This document shows positions 42,651 to 57,930 of a stretch of DNA of 64,000 nt, piece after piece. Source of the DNA: Tubiluchus corallicola (Eukaryota; Animalia; Priapulida); assembly GCA_030141605.1 (NCBI GenBank), contig JAQGDQ010000247.1, forward strand, positions 62,001 to 126,000, written 5' to 3'. The notes under the pieces were generated by a model. That model saw only the letters and a program-made list of their open reading frames with translations, did no database searches and was not told the DNA's origin. A program made the translations under genes and the position numbers. Each line of letters starts with the position of its first letter. Within the stretch, counting starts at the first letter, position 1.

Positions 42651-44028
42651 TAATAGTAAAATGTGTTAAAATGACTCATATTAGCCCTACATTGTAAACT
42701 CGTTTTTTCGGTTAATGTTATAGAATCAATCGTATATCGCGTGACGCAAAAAATGTGGCGTGTTTAATATGCAAGCATGTGCAAGTACTTTACGAAGTTG
42801 AAATTTCAAAGTATTGTGCTACAATACATTCACGTTTGGCTGTTAAAGTTCCAGATTTATAGCTTTAGTGGTTTTTGCGTTATTGTCGAAAGACTTTTGC
42901 ATGTTAAAAATTTAAATGTAGGAACAGTGTCGCGTAATTGTCGATTGGAAATAACTCAACACCTCATGCCAACACAACAATAAAGAACAAATTTACAAAA
43001 CCGAGCCGTTGTAAATGTAAATAAAGTCACAACGTTTTTGTAATATCAACTTTTGTGCTGCCGTTTGTGTAAATAAGTTAGCGGAAAAGTGACCAAATTA
43101 TCCAGAAAATGACCAAGTGTTTTCAGAGAAGTTTGTTAAAGTGACAATTAATAATTAACTGGCATCACGACAGCTTATCTAACCTCAGAAAACTTTAGTT
43201 CATTGATCCTAAGATTGGGTCAGAAACCATTATTTTTAGTGTTCATTGTACATAGTATTTAGTGCTTAAGTGTTGACCAAGCAGTAAGTGTAGTAGGCTC
43301 AACACTTTATATATAATCATATGGGTTCTGGTAATTTCAGTAATTAGATTCGCAGTTACTTGCTTTAGTCACATATACTACTGACCTATAAAATTAAAGT
43401 TTACTATAACAATGATTTTGCAACCGTAAGAGCTAACAACATAATTTCTGAATGAATCAGACAGTAATAGGTTACAAAAATAAGTTTGGAATTTCCTAAT
43501 GTTGGGTGCGCCTCTGTCGAACGGGAAGTGAGAGCACGTGACCTCGCTGTTCCGCACGAGGACTTCGAATTGAAAGAGACATCAGCTGATGATAGATAAA
43601 AGTTAGATAACTACACTTTTGGCACAAAAATAATACGCTCTGAATGGTCGTGTAAATGGGCAAGGTTCTTCAAAGACCTTGTGCAGAGTGAATTTGCACA
43701 GTTTAGTGTGCAGCCTAAAAATACGTTGATGAAATTGGACAAAACAATTTGTAAAGGATGTTATCAAAATTTCGTACTTGTCAATACGTATTGTTTAGCA
43801 AAATTTGAGTACAAAATACGTTTGAAAGAAACTGGAGATAAGATCAGTTGTCTGACAAAACGTTTGACACATTTTTGAATTAAAGGATTAATAAAAGCAT
43901 CGTGTTAACATTGAAGCGGCTAGCTCGTTGACCCAAACAAACATTTTTTCACACGTTTTTGGCATATTGCCAAAAGTGCAGGCACGTATCCACAACAGCA
44001 CAAGAGCATTTATTTCATGCTGGTATTG

Positions 44029-44042
44029 CCACCAGATGGCGC
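44029..44042 (+). promoter_or_regulatory. CTCF-consensus-like site CCACCAGATGGCGC
   Basis: Close match to the CTCF core motif. Weaker AGATGGCGC/AGGTGGCGC cores occur near 19830, 50232, 53551 and 63545. Confidence 0.3.
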
Positions 44043-44959
44043 AGCTTTTATGGAGGATAATGCACACTGTCACAGCATTTCTCGACGAAGCAGGTACCAT
44101 GAAAGTAAGACTGGTACTGGAAGTAAGAGTTATTTCTTCAAAAACCTCGTTGATCTTTTATCTCAACGAAAGAAATTGATGTAAATTAAAACCCTGCAGT
44201 AGACATATGAAGCCATCCATGAAGCCACAGTAGATATAAATGCAGTACATATATTAACCTAATGTTATAATATCTAATGATCTATATCTCTAACTCTTTG
44301 CACTTTTTAATCTCTGAAGTAAAAAGTTGGCGAAGTTTTTGGAGAAAAAAGTCGCGATACCAGTCTAATCGAGAAACGCCTGTGACGGTCTATCATGCCC
44401 TCCATCAGAGCTGCCCTTGATGGATATACCAGAATGTTAAAACGAAAGCTCGTTACTCAAAATTATCTGCTTTTGTGATGCTGTGGGCGATGTATTTTTT
44501 TTGGCAGGATGCCAAAAACGTCTGAAAATTCTCACGAATCTTAAACTGAGTAATTGTCATTCAGATTGTTATTTTGTTCCCGCTGTATTAATTACTATTC
44601 ATTTTTAATAAATATTTGTATTACTTGCTCGTGATGTAACTCTACAAAATCGTCTATTTCGCCGTGAGGTCGATTTTGCTCTCGTTGTTGTTGTTGTTGT
44701 TGTTCATGTAACCATAAGTTTAACCAATTTCTATATTAAAATGCCACAACAGAATTACTCCGTATTCTAAATTTTTACAACAATAAATGACATATAAAGG
44801 CAGTTGGGTAGAATATAACAAGCGAGTGATCCAATGCTTCGCATTCCGGATTAGTGAGAAACAACAAGGGAAATTCAAAACAATAATTATTTTGATTTTA
44901 GATTAATGTTAATAATATTTTGATAGATTTTTTTGTATTTAATTTTGATATATTTACAG

Positions 44960-45117
44960 CATCATCTAAGAGAAGTATATTCAAAGTATGATACATTGGA
45001 AGATGACATTTGGTGCAAAATCATTTGCATGGAGAGAAACAGGCGGGTGGCCAAGGCGTATTGCAGAGTTCCTGTTGTGACGGTAGATGGCAGCAGTGAT
45101 GGTTTCGATGGATTCAA
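44960..45117 (+). CDS. exp: Expansion/Rebuf-like exon 3, start of MH2 (HHLREVYSKYDTLEDDIWCKIICMERNRRVAKAYCRVPVVTVDGSSDGFDGF)
   Basis: ttacag acceptor and gtatgt donor. DxIWxKxIxxERNRRVAKAY and DGFDGF are signature motifs of the Expansion/Rebuf MH2 domain. Confidence 0.93.
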
Positions 45118-45325
45118 GTATGTTAATGTATTGATTGGTAGTATCAATGACTATTAATCATAAATATTTTTTGTTTAATATCAAATAAATAATGTTATTT
45201 GTATCTTTATAAAAACCTAATTACATGTGTAACATGTAATTAATGCTGTAGAATTACATCATGTTATTGTAAAAGTGTATGTGTGTATAGAAATTTTTCC
45301 TTGCAAAGATTCTAATAAAGACTTC

Positions 45326-45611
<286 letters not shown>

Positions 45612-45830
45612 TGGCTTGCTTTTTATTTTTACTTAGCAATTAGCATGGCTGAAAAAAGTTTCGAGAGAAATAAAACAAACGTAAAGGAATTGTAATCGGT
45701 CGTTCGTTAACGGTTTTCCATTTTGCGCATGTGTCTCAAGTAGATAGACTTGCGGGTCATAACAGCATTGTTAATTTACATTGCCGACCCGACGTATCTG
45801 ATTTACACTGATCAGTTTGTTATTTTACAG

Positions 45831-45903
45831 AGTTGGACTTGCGGCTTTTCAAAATCCAGCACGTGACAAAGACGTGAGAATAATAAAAGAACACATAGGT
45901 GAT
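45831..45903 (+). CDS. exp: Expansion/Rebuf-like exon 4 (VGLAAFQNPARDKDVRIIKEHIGD)
   Basis: ttttacag / gtaagt splice sites, phase 2 to 0. MH2 motif GL..F.NP.R....I..HIG. Confidence 0.93.
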
Positions 45904-46319
45904 GTAAGTATCGTCAAACAAACAAACAAATGTTTTATACAGTATTTATGTATAAACTTTCACAACAAAAATAAAAAACAGTTTTTACATGCAGTTTCAC
46001 GCATCCAGTACTTAACGCAGTACCTGTTTGTGTGTTGGCAATGAAATCTTGCTTGTTATGAGATACTGGACCAGCAGGGGTGTCTTATCCACCACGTCCG
46101 AATGAACATATCCGCAATATGTTCTGTTTTTTTTGTGAAATAATGGTTTATGAACATTCTGGCACCCACAGATTTAATCTAATTAATGAGATCGTTAATT
46201 GCCATCTAATTTGAAAAAGTATGTTTCGAAATCATATTCCTGTTTGCGCTGCAAGGTTTTATATCTTTTGTCCAGTTATAATTTTTATTCTCTTTCAAAA
46301 CGTTTTTCTTACTTTACAG

Positions 46320-46481
46320 GGAATCAAGTTAAAAGTTGATAAAGACGGAAGCATTTTGTGCAAGAGACTTCAGGGAAGTCAGAAGGTCATCATCAAAGGA
46401 ATCGATTCTCCGGAGAAAGCCAGTTACTCTCAAGATGTTTATGACATGGAAGGCATGCTAGACGTGGACAAGCCTGTTAAG
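46320..46481 (+). CDS. exp: Expansion/Rebuf-like exon 5 (GIKLKVDKDGSILCKRL...DKPVK)
   Basis: tttacag / gtgagt splice sites, 54 codons. MH2 motif G.K.K.D..G.IL.KR. Confidence 0.93.
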
Positions 46482-47012
46482 GTGAGTGTTGTTTTCTACA
46501 ACTGGCACAGTAACATGGTCTGCCAATAACTAATAAGATATTTTTTAACGCATTCTGCATTCGCTTATCCAGATATTATTTGTAATGATGGTTAAATAAT
46601 AAGAAACGTTAGTTAAAATGCTATAACCAAAAACACTATAGTAAAATATGGCGGCCCAAAATGGCATCCAGAATAGCACGTTTCGGGATATTCTACTAAA
46701 TATACTCGTCCAAGGTTTACTGTATAAATCAGCATGGCATAAATAGCCCGATGAAGGGCTTAGACTCACCTTCTACACGTCGGCCAAAATGGCGTCCAAA
46801 ATAGCCCTTTCAAGGACATTCTAGTATGTAGAGTCGTCCAAAGTTTATCATAAGAACTATTATAGCACAGAGAAAGTCTTTGACCCCAGGTTCCCACCGC
46901 CAACATTTCTGCCAAAATGGCTTTGAAATTGACAGAGCTGGTGCCAAATAAAATTGCTATTTTTAGAACTTGTGGTACAGTGATTGAAGATCACACTATC
47001 TGTGTTTTTTAG

Positions 47013-47205
47013 ATCTTTGACATGAAGGAGTTTAGGAGGAAAGTGGATGATGAGCTCACACAACCGTACCACAACAAGAAGCGACTACAGTTCTTGTGCT
47101 TCGTGTCTCTGAGTTTCGTGGTGGACACCAAGAACTGTTTGAAGACGCCATGTTGGTTGATGGTACTCAACATCAGCGCATTAGATTACCTTAACGATAT
47201 CATGG
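47013..47205 (+). CDS. exp: Expansion/Rebuf-like exon 6, end of MH2 (IFDMKEFRRKVDDEL...LSFVVDTKNCLKTPCWLMVLNISALDYL)
   Basis: tttttttag-type acceptor and G|gtgagt donor. FDM..F, SFV and TPCWL motifs of the MH2 fold. Confidence 0.93.
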
Positions 47206-47219
47206 GTGAGTTCATGCCG

Positions 47220-47914
47220 TCATGTGAAACACTTGCTGAAACACTGTCATGTGAAACACTTGCTGAAACACTGTCATGTGAAACACTTGCTGAAACACTG
47301 TCATGTGAAACACTTGCTGAAACACTGTCATGTGAAACACTTGCTGAAACACTGTCATGTGAAACACTTGCTGAAACACTGTCATGTGAAACACTTGCTG
47401 AAACACTGTCATGTGAAACACTTGCTGAAACACTGTCATGTGAAACACTTGCTGAAACACTGTCATGTGAAACACTTGCTGAAACACTGTCATGTGAAAC
47501 ACTTGCTGAAACACTGTCATGTGAAACACTTGCTGAAACACTGTCATGTGAAACACTTGCTGAAACACTGTCATGTGAAACACTTGCTGAAACACTGTCA
47601 TGTGAAACACTTGCTGAATCACTGTCATGTGAAACACTTGCTGAATCACTGTCATGTGAAACACTTGCTGAAACACTGTCATGTGAAACACTTGCTGAAA
47701 CACTGTCATGTGAAACACTTGCTGAAACACTGTCATGTGAAACACTTGCTGAAACACTGTCATGTGAAACACTTGCTGAAACACTGTCATGTGAAACACT
47801 GTCATGTGAAACACTTGCTGAAACACTGTCATGTGAAACACTGTCATGTGAAACACTTGCTGAAACACTGTCATGTGAAACACTTGCTGAAACACTGTCA
47901 TGTGAAACACTTGC
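47220..47914. repeat. 27-bp minisatellite (tcatgtgaaacacttgctgaaacactg), about 25 units, intronic
   Basis: Near-perfect units, plus two 15-bp short units near 47785-47845. Confidence 0.97.
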
Positions 47915-47999
47915 CTTTAACATAGAGCAGTTTGACACTGACTGACGGTTTGTTGCTACTGATGATGTAATTTTATAGGAGAATGAAAGACAGTGTTGT

Positions 48000-48427
<428 letters not shown>

Positions 48428-48490
48428 TTGTTTTGATCGTTACTATTGCTTATAAATAATTGATTATTCGCTTACTGATTTTCATTACAG

Positions 48491-48738
48491 CTATTAGGAA
48501 GAGAAACCACTCCTCCCACAGCTCATTACTAGATGTGAGGGGGTACGGGCGACGAATGCCCGAAGTTTCCATAAGAGAGCGGATCGAAATGGACCGTATG
48601 CACGCCGCCATGTCACCCACTGGGCGGCACCATGACCGGGATAGCCTAGGAGAGAGTTACACACCCCCTTCGTCACCACCCTCCCCTCCGGGAATGAACG
48701 GCTCACAGTATTTAGACCCACCGCATTTTAATGGAATG
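48491..48738 (+). CDS. exp: Expansion/Rebuf-like exon 7 (Ser/Pro/Arg-rich tail)
   Basis: ttacag / gtgagt splice sites, phase 1 to 0, open frame (AIRKRNHSSHSS...PPHFNGM), GC-richer than its flanks. Confidence 0.85.
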
Positions 48739-48883
48739 GTGAGTAGTGATCTACTGATCTAGTAGTGATTTGACTATTCTGGGGTACTGTCGAGATCCTA
48801 CTCAGCTTGAGGTACTGCACACTTCTTGATGCTGTGTGGACTGTGAAGCCTTATTGATAGACATTTGAGGCCTGAAAAGTCAG

Positions 48884-48995
48884 GTGCCTCTGTAGCGTAA
48901 TGACTAGCATAGCAGCCTGGAAAGAAAAATGTCTTGGATTCGAGTCCCAGTTGACTTTTTCATTCTAATTTAGCGTTGCTTTCCTGCATTTATAA
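48884..48995 (+). mobile_element. tRNA-derived SINE
   Basis: A-box-like tagcgtaatgac and B-box gattcgagtcc. No complete cloverleaf. Confidence 0.5.
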
Positions 48996-49056
48996 GATTT
49001 AAATAATAAAAAAATGTTTAGTGACGTCGTTATTATATTATAATTTATTTTTCTAG

Positions 49057-49207
49057 TACAAAGACAGAGGACGTTCTCGCCGAATACACAACTCACCCAT
49101 GTTGGGTGAACCTATTTATGTACCAACTGGCTACCCTAGTTACGGATTTCCACCGTATGGGGGCGGAAGGCAAACAGAATTCAAAGGCTCCTACTATGAC
49201 GTCAGGG
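49057..49207 (+). CDS. exp: Expansion/Rebuf-like exon 8 (YKDRGRSRRIHNSPMLGEPIYVPTGYPSYGFPPY...YYDVR)
   Basis: tttctag / G|gtaagt splice sites, phase 0 to 1, open frame. Confidence 0.85.
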
Positions 49208-49346
49208 GTAAGTTGTTTTGAGTAATTTAAAGCAACAAAATTTGATCATCTATCCAAACAGTAACGGGGAACGGTGTTGCCAAACCTTTCAATCAGAATG
49301 TGACTTAAATACTGATGTGTGCTACAGTCTATACTTACTTTTTTGC

Positions 49347-49757
49347 TGCGCGTTCAGACTAACGAGTTTCCTCACTAAGTAACTCACAAGTGTGTTCAGA
49401 CTAAAGAGCAAAACTTGCCGGAAGTTACTCTCCGACAGTAAGGATGAGCTGACACTCACTTCATTATTCCCTCGAGAAGTGTAGAGAATTCTTAGTAACT
49501 CACTAAGGCGTTCACACTAGACAGTAACTCGTTACAACTACTGTAAGCATGAGCTGACACTCACTTCATTATTCCCTTCGAGAAGTGGAGAGAGTACTTA
49601 GTAACTCACTGAGGCGTTCACACTAGGCAGTAACTCGCTGCAACCATCGGATAGTTTGCAGTAACTTGCCAACAGTAACTCACAAAACAGATCACACTTG
49701 CTAGTTTGCTGTCCGAGAAAAAACTCGCTGCTAGTTTAAGGGCACCGTTAGTCTGAA
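49347..49757. mobile_element. PIF/Harbinger-like MITE with an internal ~106-bp duplication, relatives at ~37735-37789 and ~53870-54060
   Basis: gcgcgttcagact terminus. Related ends are gtctgaacgcgccctaa (37774) and gtttgaacccgcc (54046). All share agttactc/gagtt sub-repeats. Confidence 0.55.
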
Positions 49758-50041
49758 AGTAAAGTCAATTTTTTAGAAGCAACTCTGATTTTTTAGCAGT
49801 TTTTTCCATCTTAGTAAACTCAACTTCCATTTTTAGTAAACTCTTAGATCTTGACGTTAAACAGCTCTTTGGATTTTCAAGAGCCATTTTGTCATAGGAA
49901 CAGCAATTTAATGTAACAGTTAATTCCATTGTTAGAGCTTTATAGCTTTCTGACAGTCTTGTAAACGGCTTTTACCCAGTTATCCTTGAAACATTGACAA
50001 TTCCCCATGAAGTTAGTAATAAATGTTAATTACTTTACCAG

Positions 50042-50164
50042 ATGAACCGGATTACAGACGGTATGAAGGCTATCATCCGTCCAGTTTCGGTTACCATGAT
50101 GTCCACCATCGGTCAACTGGAGCAGTGCCCAAACACCGGCTGGACATGCATGCCAACGGATTTG
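50042..50164 (+). CDS. exp: Expansion/Rebuf-like exon 9 (DEPDYRRYEGYHPSSFGYHDVHHRSTGAVPKHRLDMHANGF)
   Basis: tttaccag / G|gtaata splice sites, phase 1 to 1. The in-register frame differs from the ORF-track frame. Confidence 0.8.
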
Positions 50165-50929
50165 GTAATAAGATCTTCCGTTATTATTAATTTTAGAAGT
50201 GCATTTGGATTTAATTGTAAAAATTCGCTGTAGATGGCGCCAAGTATTGCGACAGTTTGTGCCACATACACCATAAAGTTGAAATATAAATGAAAAAGAC
50301 TATGTTTTTGCTGTTGCTCAAAACCAGTTTCCAATTGCAATCAGCAACCTTGGTACTGTAAAATATATGTCTGCCCATTCGTAAAGTTTTTAATATACCT
50401 TAATGGATAATAAAATTATACCTGTCTATCGGCCAAATATGTAAGTGGAGTCTAACAAATAGTAAGCAATAGTCAGGAGGTAGTTACTATGTGTGGGCAG
50501 CTACAGTGCATTTGAGATATTTAATGAAAGCGCCTAAACGCATTCGTTTTCTAACCATCTATATAGATAAAATTTTTGGTGGTATAAATATGAATCACTG
50601 GCTATTAACATTAAATAAACTTTATATGAAGTTTCACTTACTGTATCCACCAGCCGCTTTGCGTCCGGCTTAATGGACACCTGTAGTTTCAGCGTACATT
50701 GCAAGCGGCCACGACAGCAAAATTTATCCTGTTATACACGGTTAGAAAGCCCACATGACATTCTCTATCTAACCATGTAAAATTTGTGATCAAGTATTTC
50801 CGTCGAGAAAATCAGTGACGGAAAACCCAGACCCTGGTTGGCTGATTTTAGTAGCCACACAGAAGTAATTCAAAATGTGTATAAGGTTTTAGTTTAAACT
50901 ATGATTAAAAGCCATCTAGTTTTCGTGTT

Positions 50930-51380
<451 letters not shown>

Positions 51381-52580
51381 TTTATTCAAATTTGAGAAAA
51401 TTCAAACAAGACGGTAACGAAGAACCAAACGGCGTTCGAATCAGCCACCTTCCTCATAGGACGATAAAAAATAATAATAATGGCACTAATAGTGAACGTT
51501 ATAATAGATAGAGAATAGAAATAATGAGATAATGATTTTGATTACATAGCAAAGCGTAGTATTAGTAAACAAGATTAAGCAAATAAACAATCCAGCATAA
51601 ATTTTAATAAGCTAATAATAAAAAACATGTCCAATCATGTTCCCTGTCAAAAGATAGAAGCCATGTAACCTGTTAAACGCTAGTCAGCGCGTTCATTAAA
51701 TTTTACTGTTATTTACTAATAATATATGGGCGCGCATTAGATCGGATGGGCACTGACATATGGGTACGCGTTAGATCGGATCCGCCCTAACACAGGATAT
51801 GATGATATTCTAACTATGCAGCATTTTTCGCAAGTTTGTCAAAGTTCTAACTCTTTCTTTTATGTCTTCTCTCTAAATCTGTCGCTTAAGTAATTAAATG
51901 CTTCGATAATGACATTAGTTTTTTAATCTAACATAGACTCACTAATATTTTTTCAAGTGACAAAAACAGTTTCACATAGTGACGTCATCGCTCGGAAAGC
52001 TGTTTGACTCGAAAGCTTTTGCCTATGTCTTTTTGATATCTGTCCGATCAGTTGTGACGTAGTGCACACGTTCAACAGCTCATGCATGAGCAGTGCATTA
52101 AACTTGAAATTTGAATTTTAAACTTAAAATTTGCCGAGTCTTTATTTATCATTGTCAGTGTTGTACAGTAGTACAGCACTTCATTTTTCGCTTTCGTAAA
52201 CACGTGCAACACGCTCGTGGGATGTTTGTGCTGTTGAAAATTATGTTCAGTTGTGATGTCATCACCAGTTCGACTCATCTGCTATTAATTAAGTTTTTTT
52301 ACCTATTATTTGAGTATCAGAAACACTTCGTCATTGTGTGTGAAAGTGCATACTTTTCACCATACTTCAAAATAGGGTAGAATATGAAAAACTATCCTGT
52401 TTTCCTTTAATTTTGCTTGTTTTATTTAACTAAATGTAACAAAAACAGACGTCTATGCAATAGAATATGCAACTATTTCTACTGCATTGACTTCCATTGT
52501 TACATTTAAATTGCACGCACACAAATGTTGATGTTGACTTCTACGCACAAGCTCTGATGTTGGTTTCTGTCTTATTGCAG

Positions 52581-52621
52581 ACACAGATGATTATCTGCAT
52601 GCCGAGTTCTCTATGAGATGA
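52581..52621 (+). CDS. exp: Candidate alternative terminal exon (DTDDYLHAEFSMR*), giving a 429-aa isoform
   Basis: Strong acceptor tttctgtcttattgcag, phase-1 compatible, TGA at 52619-52621. Confidence 0.5.
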
Positions 52622-52978
52622 ACTGCGTCCTCTGGTGTCGGTCTACAGAACTAACATCAGCATGCTGACCTTTAACAAAGATATTAACAGCTTCATATTG
52701 GTATCCTCTAACTTAGCTTGGTTCACCATTGGTTATTTATATCACGTGACTGAAATGGACTAATAGAACGCAAGGGAATTTTCAGGATAGTCAAGAAATG
52801 CTGATCAAGTTTTGCTGATGAGCATCATAAACGATTTTTGAAGACAGTTATCATTATTTTGTAACTTGTTTATCTGTTTAATTACTTCGCATGTTTGTTT
52901 GTTTCACGTTGTACAACTATTACTAATCAACACAGATACTAAAACTAATTATTGCAAATATTATTTTTGTTCCATATG

Positions 52979-53333
52979 CAGGGCCGGATTATGACCATCT
53001 GGGGCCGCTAGGCTAATGAAATTATGGGGGCCCCTCCGACGAAGCCACTCTCTATCTTGCCCTCACCCCTCTTGAATATTTTTTTTACTGGTGATATATT
53101 TTAGCGACATTTACACAGCTTGAAGTAAACTTATTAAATTCGTTAAATAAACTAAAACAGCTATCCTTTATTTGTCAATAAAAACATTTTTTTAAGAAAT
53201 ATCACTTTTACTATTTATTGCAAACCAAATTAGCACATATTTCAACATAGCCGTAGTGAAATAAAAACAGATGTTACAAAGTTGAGAGCCCCAAGCTAAA
53301 ACTTATACTAGCCTATAGCATAATTCGGCTCTG
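52979..53333 (+). mobile_element. hAT-like MITE
   Basis: TIR cagggccggatta ... taattcggctctg. Collinear with 59575-59925. Confidence 0.75.
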
Positions 53334-54339
53334 GATGTATGTTTGTATGTATGCATGTATGCATGTATGTATGTATGTATTTTTTTCTGTTAAAATTTTC
53401 AAACTGATTTACTGGAATTGTCCTGTTATTGGCGCCAAAAATTTTCCTGCTACGATTGAGCTGGCAATTTTGTTTTGGAAGTTTAATTTGACTATGCTTT
53501 AATATTGTGTATTGCCTTACACTGCACTTATTTACAAAGAAATTTGTGGAGCGCCATCTACAGGACAACTATTAACTACGTGTATTCATAAAAATCGTCA
53601 ACAAAGCGCCATCTTTAGGACAACTTATCAATAAATTTCGGAGATGCTCACAGAAACGAAACATAAAATTAAACCGAAACAGGCTCATCTTCGTTAATAA
53701 ACTTTATATGAAAATTATATTAGGCTGCGTCCTCTGGCGCTGCAATCGCTTGCGTTTTGTACATCTTCTGAAACTGTCTTGCCTAAAAACTGGACCTAAT
53801 ATCGTCGTCGCTCTGACTAAGTACACTAATTGTATTGAGTCCTATACGAACATGTTCCCTAACATATTTTCAGTCGCAAGTTTTCTCTCTGATAGCAATC
53901 TCGCAAGTGTGAACTTTATCTCGAGTTACTGTCGGTAAGTTATTGCAAACTCTCCCACAGTTGCTCCGAGTTGATCTGTCGGACAGCAAGTTTCACTCTC
54001 TAGTCTGCACACGCTTGCGAGTTACTCGGCGAGTTTACTTCGCTAGTTTGAACCCGCCATTAGGACTCCTAGTACAAAATATTTGAATTTAAGTCGGTCT
54101 GTTACTTGTCTGTGTTGTGATTTCAATTCTTCGACTATAGCTAAACCTTAAGTATTATACTTAAAATTCTTCACAAGAGTACAGTGTGACATTTGGTATG
54201 TTATAACCGTATGAGTGATTTTAGAAAGAACAATTTGCTCACTTTGTTACGTGCTAGTATATTACAAAAACTTGCTGTTTGGACATTGTAATATTGTGTA
54301 ATTAGTTGGCAGTATGCCAGTATAAATTGTCCACTATTA

Positions 54340-55605
<1,266 letters not shown>

Positions 55606-56122
55606 TTAAATTTTGTTTCTGTATAAATTGGTTTATGAACAAGATTACTATAAACTAAGGTAATAAAATGTTAATATGTTTTTCAATATGTGGTATTTGC
55701 AGTTTTGTAGTATACTTGCAGATACTGCCTATATAAGCAATAATCGGGCAATTGAAAGTAGAATAAATTATTTTTTTAAAGATGGTTTAAAAACAGTGTA
55801 ACGGTATCGCTTGGTCATTTTTTCGTGCTAGTTTTATATGAAGATTTTGAACGATTACGTTGCTATTGTGATATTTTTAAAACTACGCATTTTTTGCAAA
55901 CGAAAAAAGATAAAAATAGAAAAATGTACGCTGATTTTGATGTTGTTTGTTTTTTTAGTTTCTTTCTATTCAGGGCTACTTATTTAGGGAACTTGCCGAT
56001 CTAATGTGCTGATGAAACTTTGCACAGTAAATAACTAAAATGTCAAATGGAACAGAATACTTTAAACATCATCCCTAGATAATAATTAAGGCGATTTCAA
56101 AGAGGAAAATTTTATTACAACC

Positions 56123-56250
56123 GTGGACTTATAGTTCAATGGTAGCGTGCTTGCTTCCCACCCAGGATGTCCCGAGTTCAAGTCCCGCACCGAGTCATAT
56201 CAAGACTTAGAAATGGTCCTGCTGTTTCCTCGACCAAGCACGAGAGTTTA
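56123..56250 (+). mobile_element. tRNA-derived SINE with a MetaSINE-like core
   Basis: A-box tagttcaatgg, B-box gagttcaagtc, then gagtcatatcaagacttagaaatggtcctgctgtttcc. Confidence 0.6.
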
Positions 56251-57379
56251 TCGAAGTAACATGCCGGTAATAATAATCAGGACAACATTGGAAATAAGTA
56301 TTGAGTTATGTAAGATGTTATCTCTGAACTACACCATAAACGAATTTATTCTTATTTTTATTAGGTCATGCCTATACTACATTCCTGGGGGTTGTTTGTT
56401 TGGTTGTTTTTTCACATTTTTTCACATTCCTTCACATACCCCAATGAGTGAAAACAGCACAATAGGATGGCGAAAATAATTTTGTTCTTTTACATCGATA
56501 TTAATCGCGAAAGCCTTAAGATGGGAAATTTCCCTTATGTTCTTGAGTATGTCTTTTCACAGTTTCGTTGTGCGCACGCGCAATTACTGTAGGTCAAAGG
56601 TTAAGTGTATTACAGCAACGCGTCTTAGCTACAATCCGCACGTAGACGTGATAATAAAGCAAAGCCCAGTTCAGTAGCTCTAGTTGTTTTACGTGGACAT
56701 TACTTAATTATGCATTAGTCCGTGCAGGATCTTGCCTGGAACAAGAAAAAATGAACTAGGTAACGTTTTATAATTAGCTTTCGTCCCTTTTCTTAATACT
56801 ATCACGATAGCACAGGCCGAGAGGTGTTGCGAAGTGAACACAAGTGCGTTGTCTGGTACACTTAGAGTAAAAATAATTCATTGTATTGGTTGTGTATAGC
56901 TGATTATTGGTGTTTTAGGGATGGCAAAACTATGAAGAGTCAGATTATAAAACTACATGTTTATTAAACATCAAACACAATAAATATAACAGATAGTAAT
57001 GCCAAGCCCCTGATCTAGCTTGCTTTCCTTCAGCTCCCAGACTTAATCTCTTGAGCTGGGCGCATCACAAGACTTATATATCGTGCGCCGAGCTTCGACG
57101 CCTACGCTTCGGTTCTGAATCACGTGCTCACGTGACACCACTCCTTAACTGGCTTCATGCCAGCATTCATCAACATAATTATCTATCATAATCTAACGCT
57201 TTTAACATAGTTTAGCAGGTCCTCTTTACTCTTAGCCTCTAACCTTTTCACGATCATTATCAATCGCTGGAACTGTGAAAGGTCTTGTTATAAAGAATTG
57301 GAATAGTTTACATCGTTGTCAAACAATGTAGAAGAAAATTCTACTAAGCGGAATTCTCAGAACCAGATAACAAACAGCA

Positions 57380-57526
57380 ATAACAGAACCAGCGACATAA
57401 CGAACATGTCGTAATTTGTTGCAGAGATGTTTTGGAACTCACCAGAATCCAATATCAATTCTGGTGGGATCCTAAAAGTCTCAGTAGTAAATTCCAGTAT
57501 GTTCGTTATGTCGCTGGTTCTGTTAT
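57380..57526 (+). other. Long intronic hairpin (69-position stem, 9-nt loop)
   Basis: Perfect 28-bp outer arms and a gapless imperfect inner stem. Confidence 0.8.
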
Positions 57527-57699
57527 GATGAACTTGATTTGTCAACGCGCTTGATAAAACGAACTGTACCTTCACAATAATTTACATATCTCTTCCTTTC
57601 AACAACTTCAACTAATATTTACTAAATTAGTAAAAAAATCAGTGGCGACCTCACTTGGTCTGGTTGTTTTGTGTCGCATGTTTATTGGTCAAATTAACG

Positions 57700-57930
57700 T
57701 AAAAAACTTTCTTTTATTAAAAAAGCTAACCGTATCTTAAAATTTGACACTAATTTTATTAAATTTCGTGGCTTTCTTCCTAACGAAATCGGACCTTAAA
57801 GTTGTATCTTTTCCCAAAACATTTTGTTTGATTCAAAACAGCTCATGAAACGTCGGAAAATCGCTGGCTAAACAACTGAATGTGCTAGCAATGGTTTCCT
57901 TGGATACCGTGCTGTATATGTGACGCTGGA
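57700..57930 (-). mobile_element. Dispersed element, inverted homolog of ~36385-36670
   Basis: Shares aaatttcgtg.ctt.cttc.taa.gaaatcgg, gctcatgaaac, ggctaaaca and gctagcaa..gtttccttggatacc blocks. Confidence 0.65.

Noticed and set aside
47022-47945. 307-aa ORF as a stand-alone repeat protein
   Set aside because: Its 5' part is exon 6 of the exp-like gene and the rest is an intronic minisatellite after a consensus donor.
56123-56200. tRNA genes here and at 14055, 35274 and 48884
   Set aside because: A/B boxes are present but there is no intact cloverleaf, and they run into SINE body sequence.
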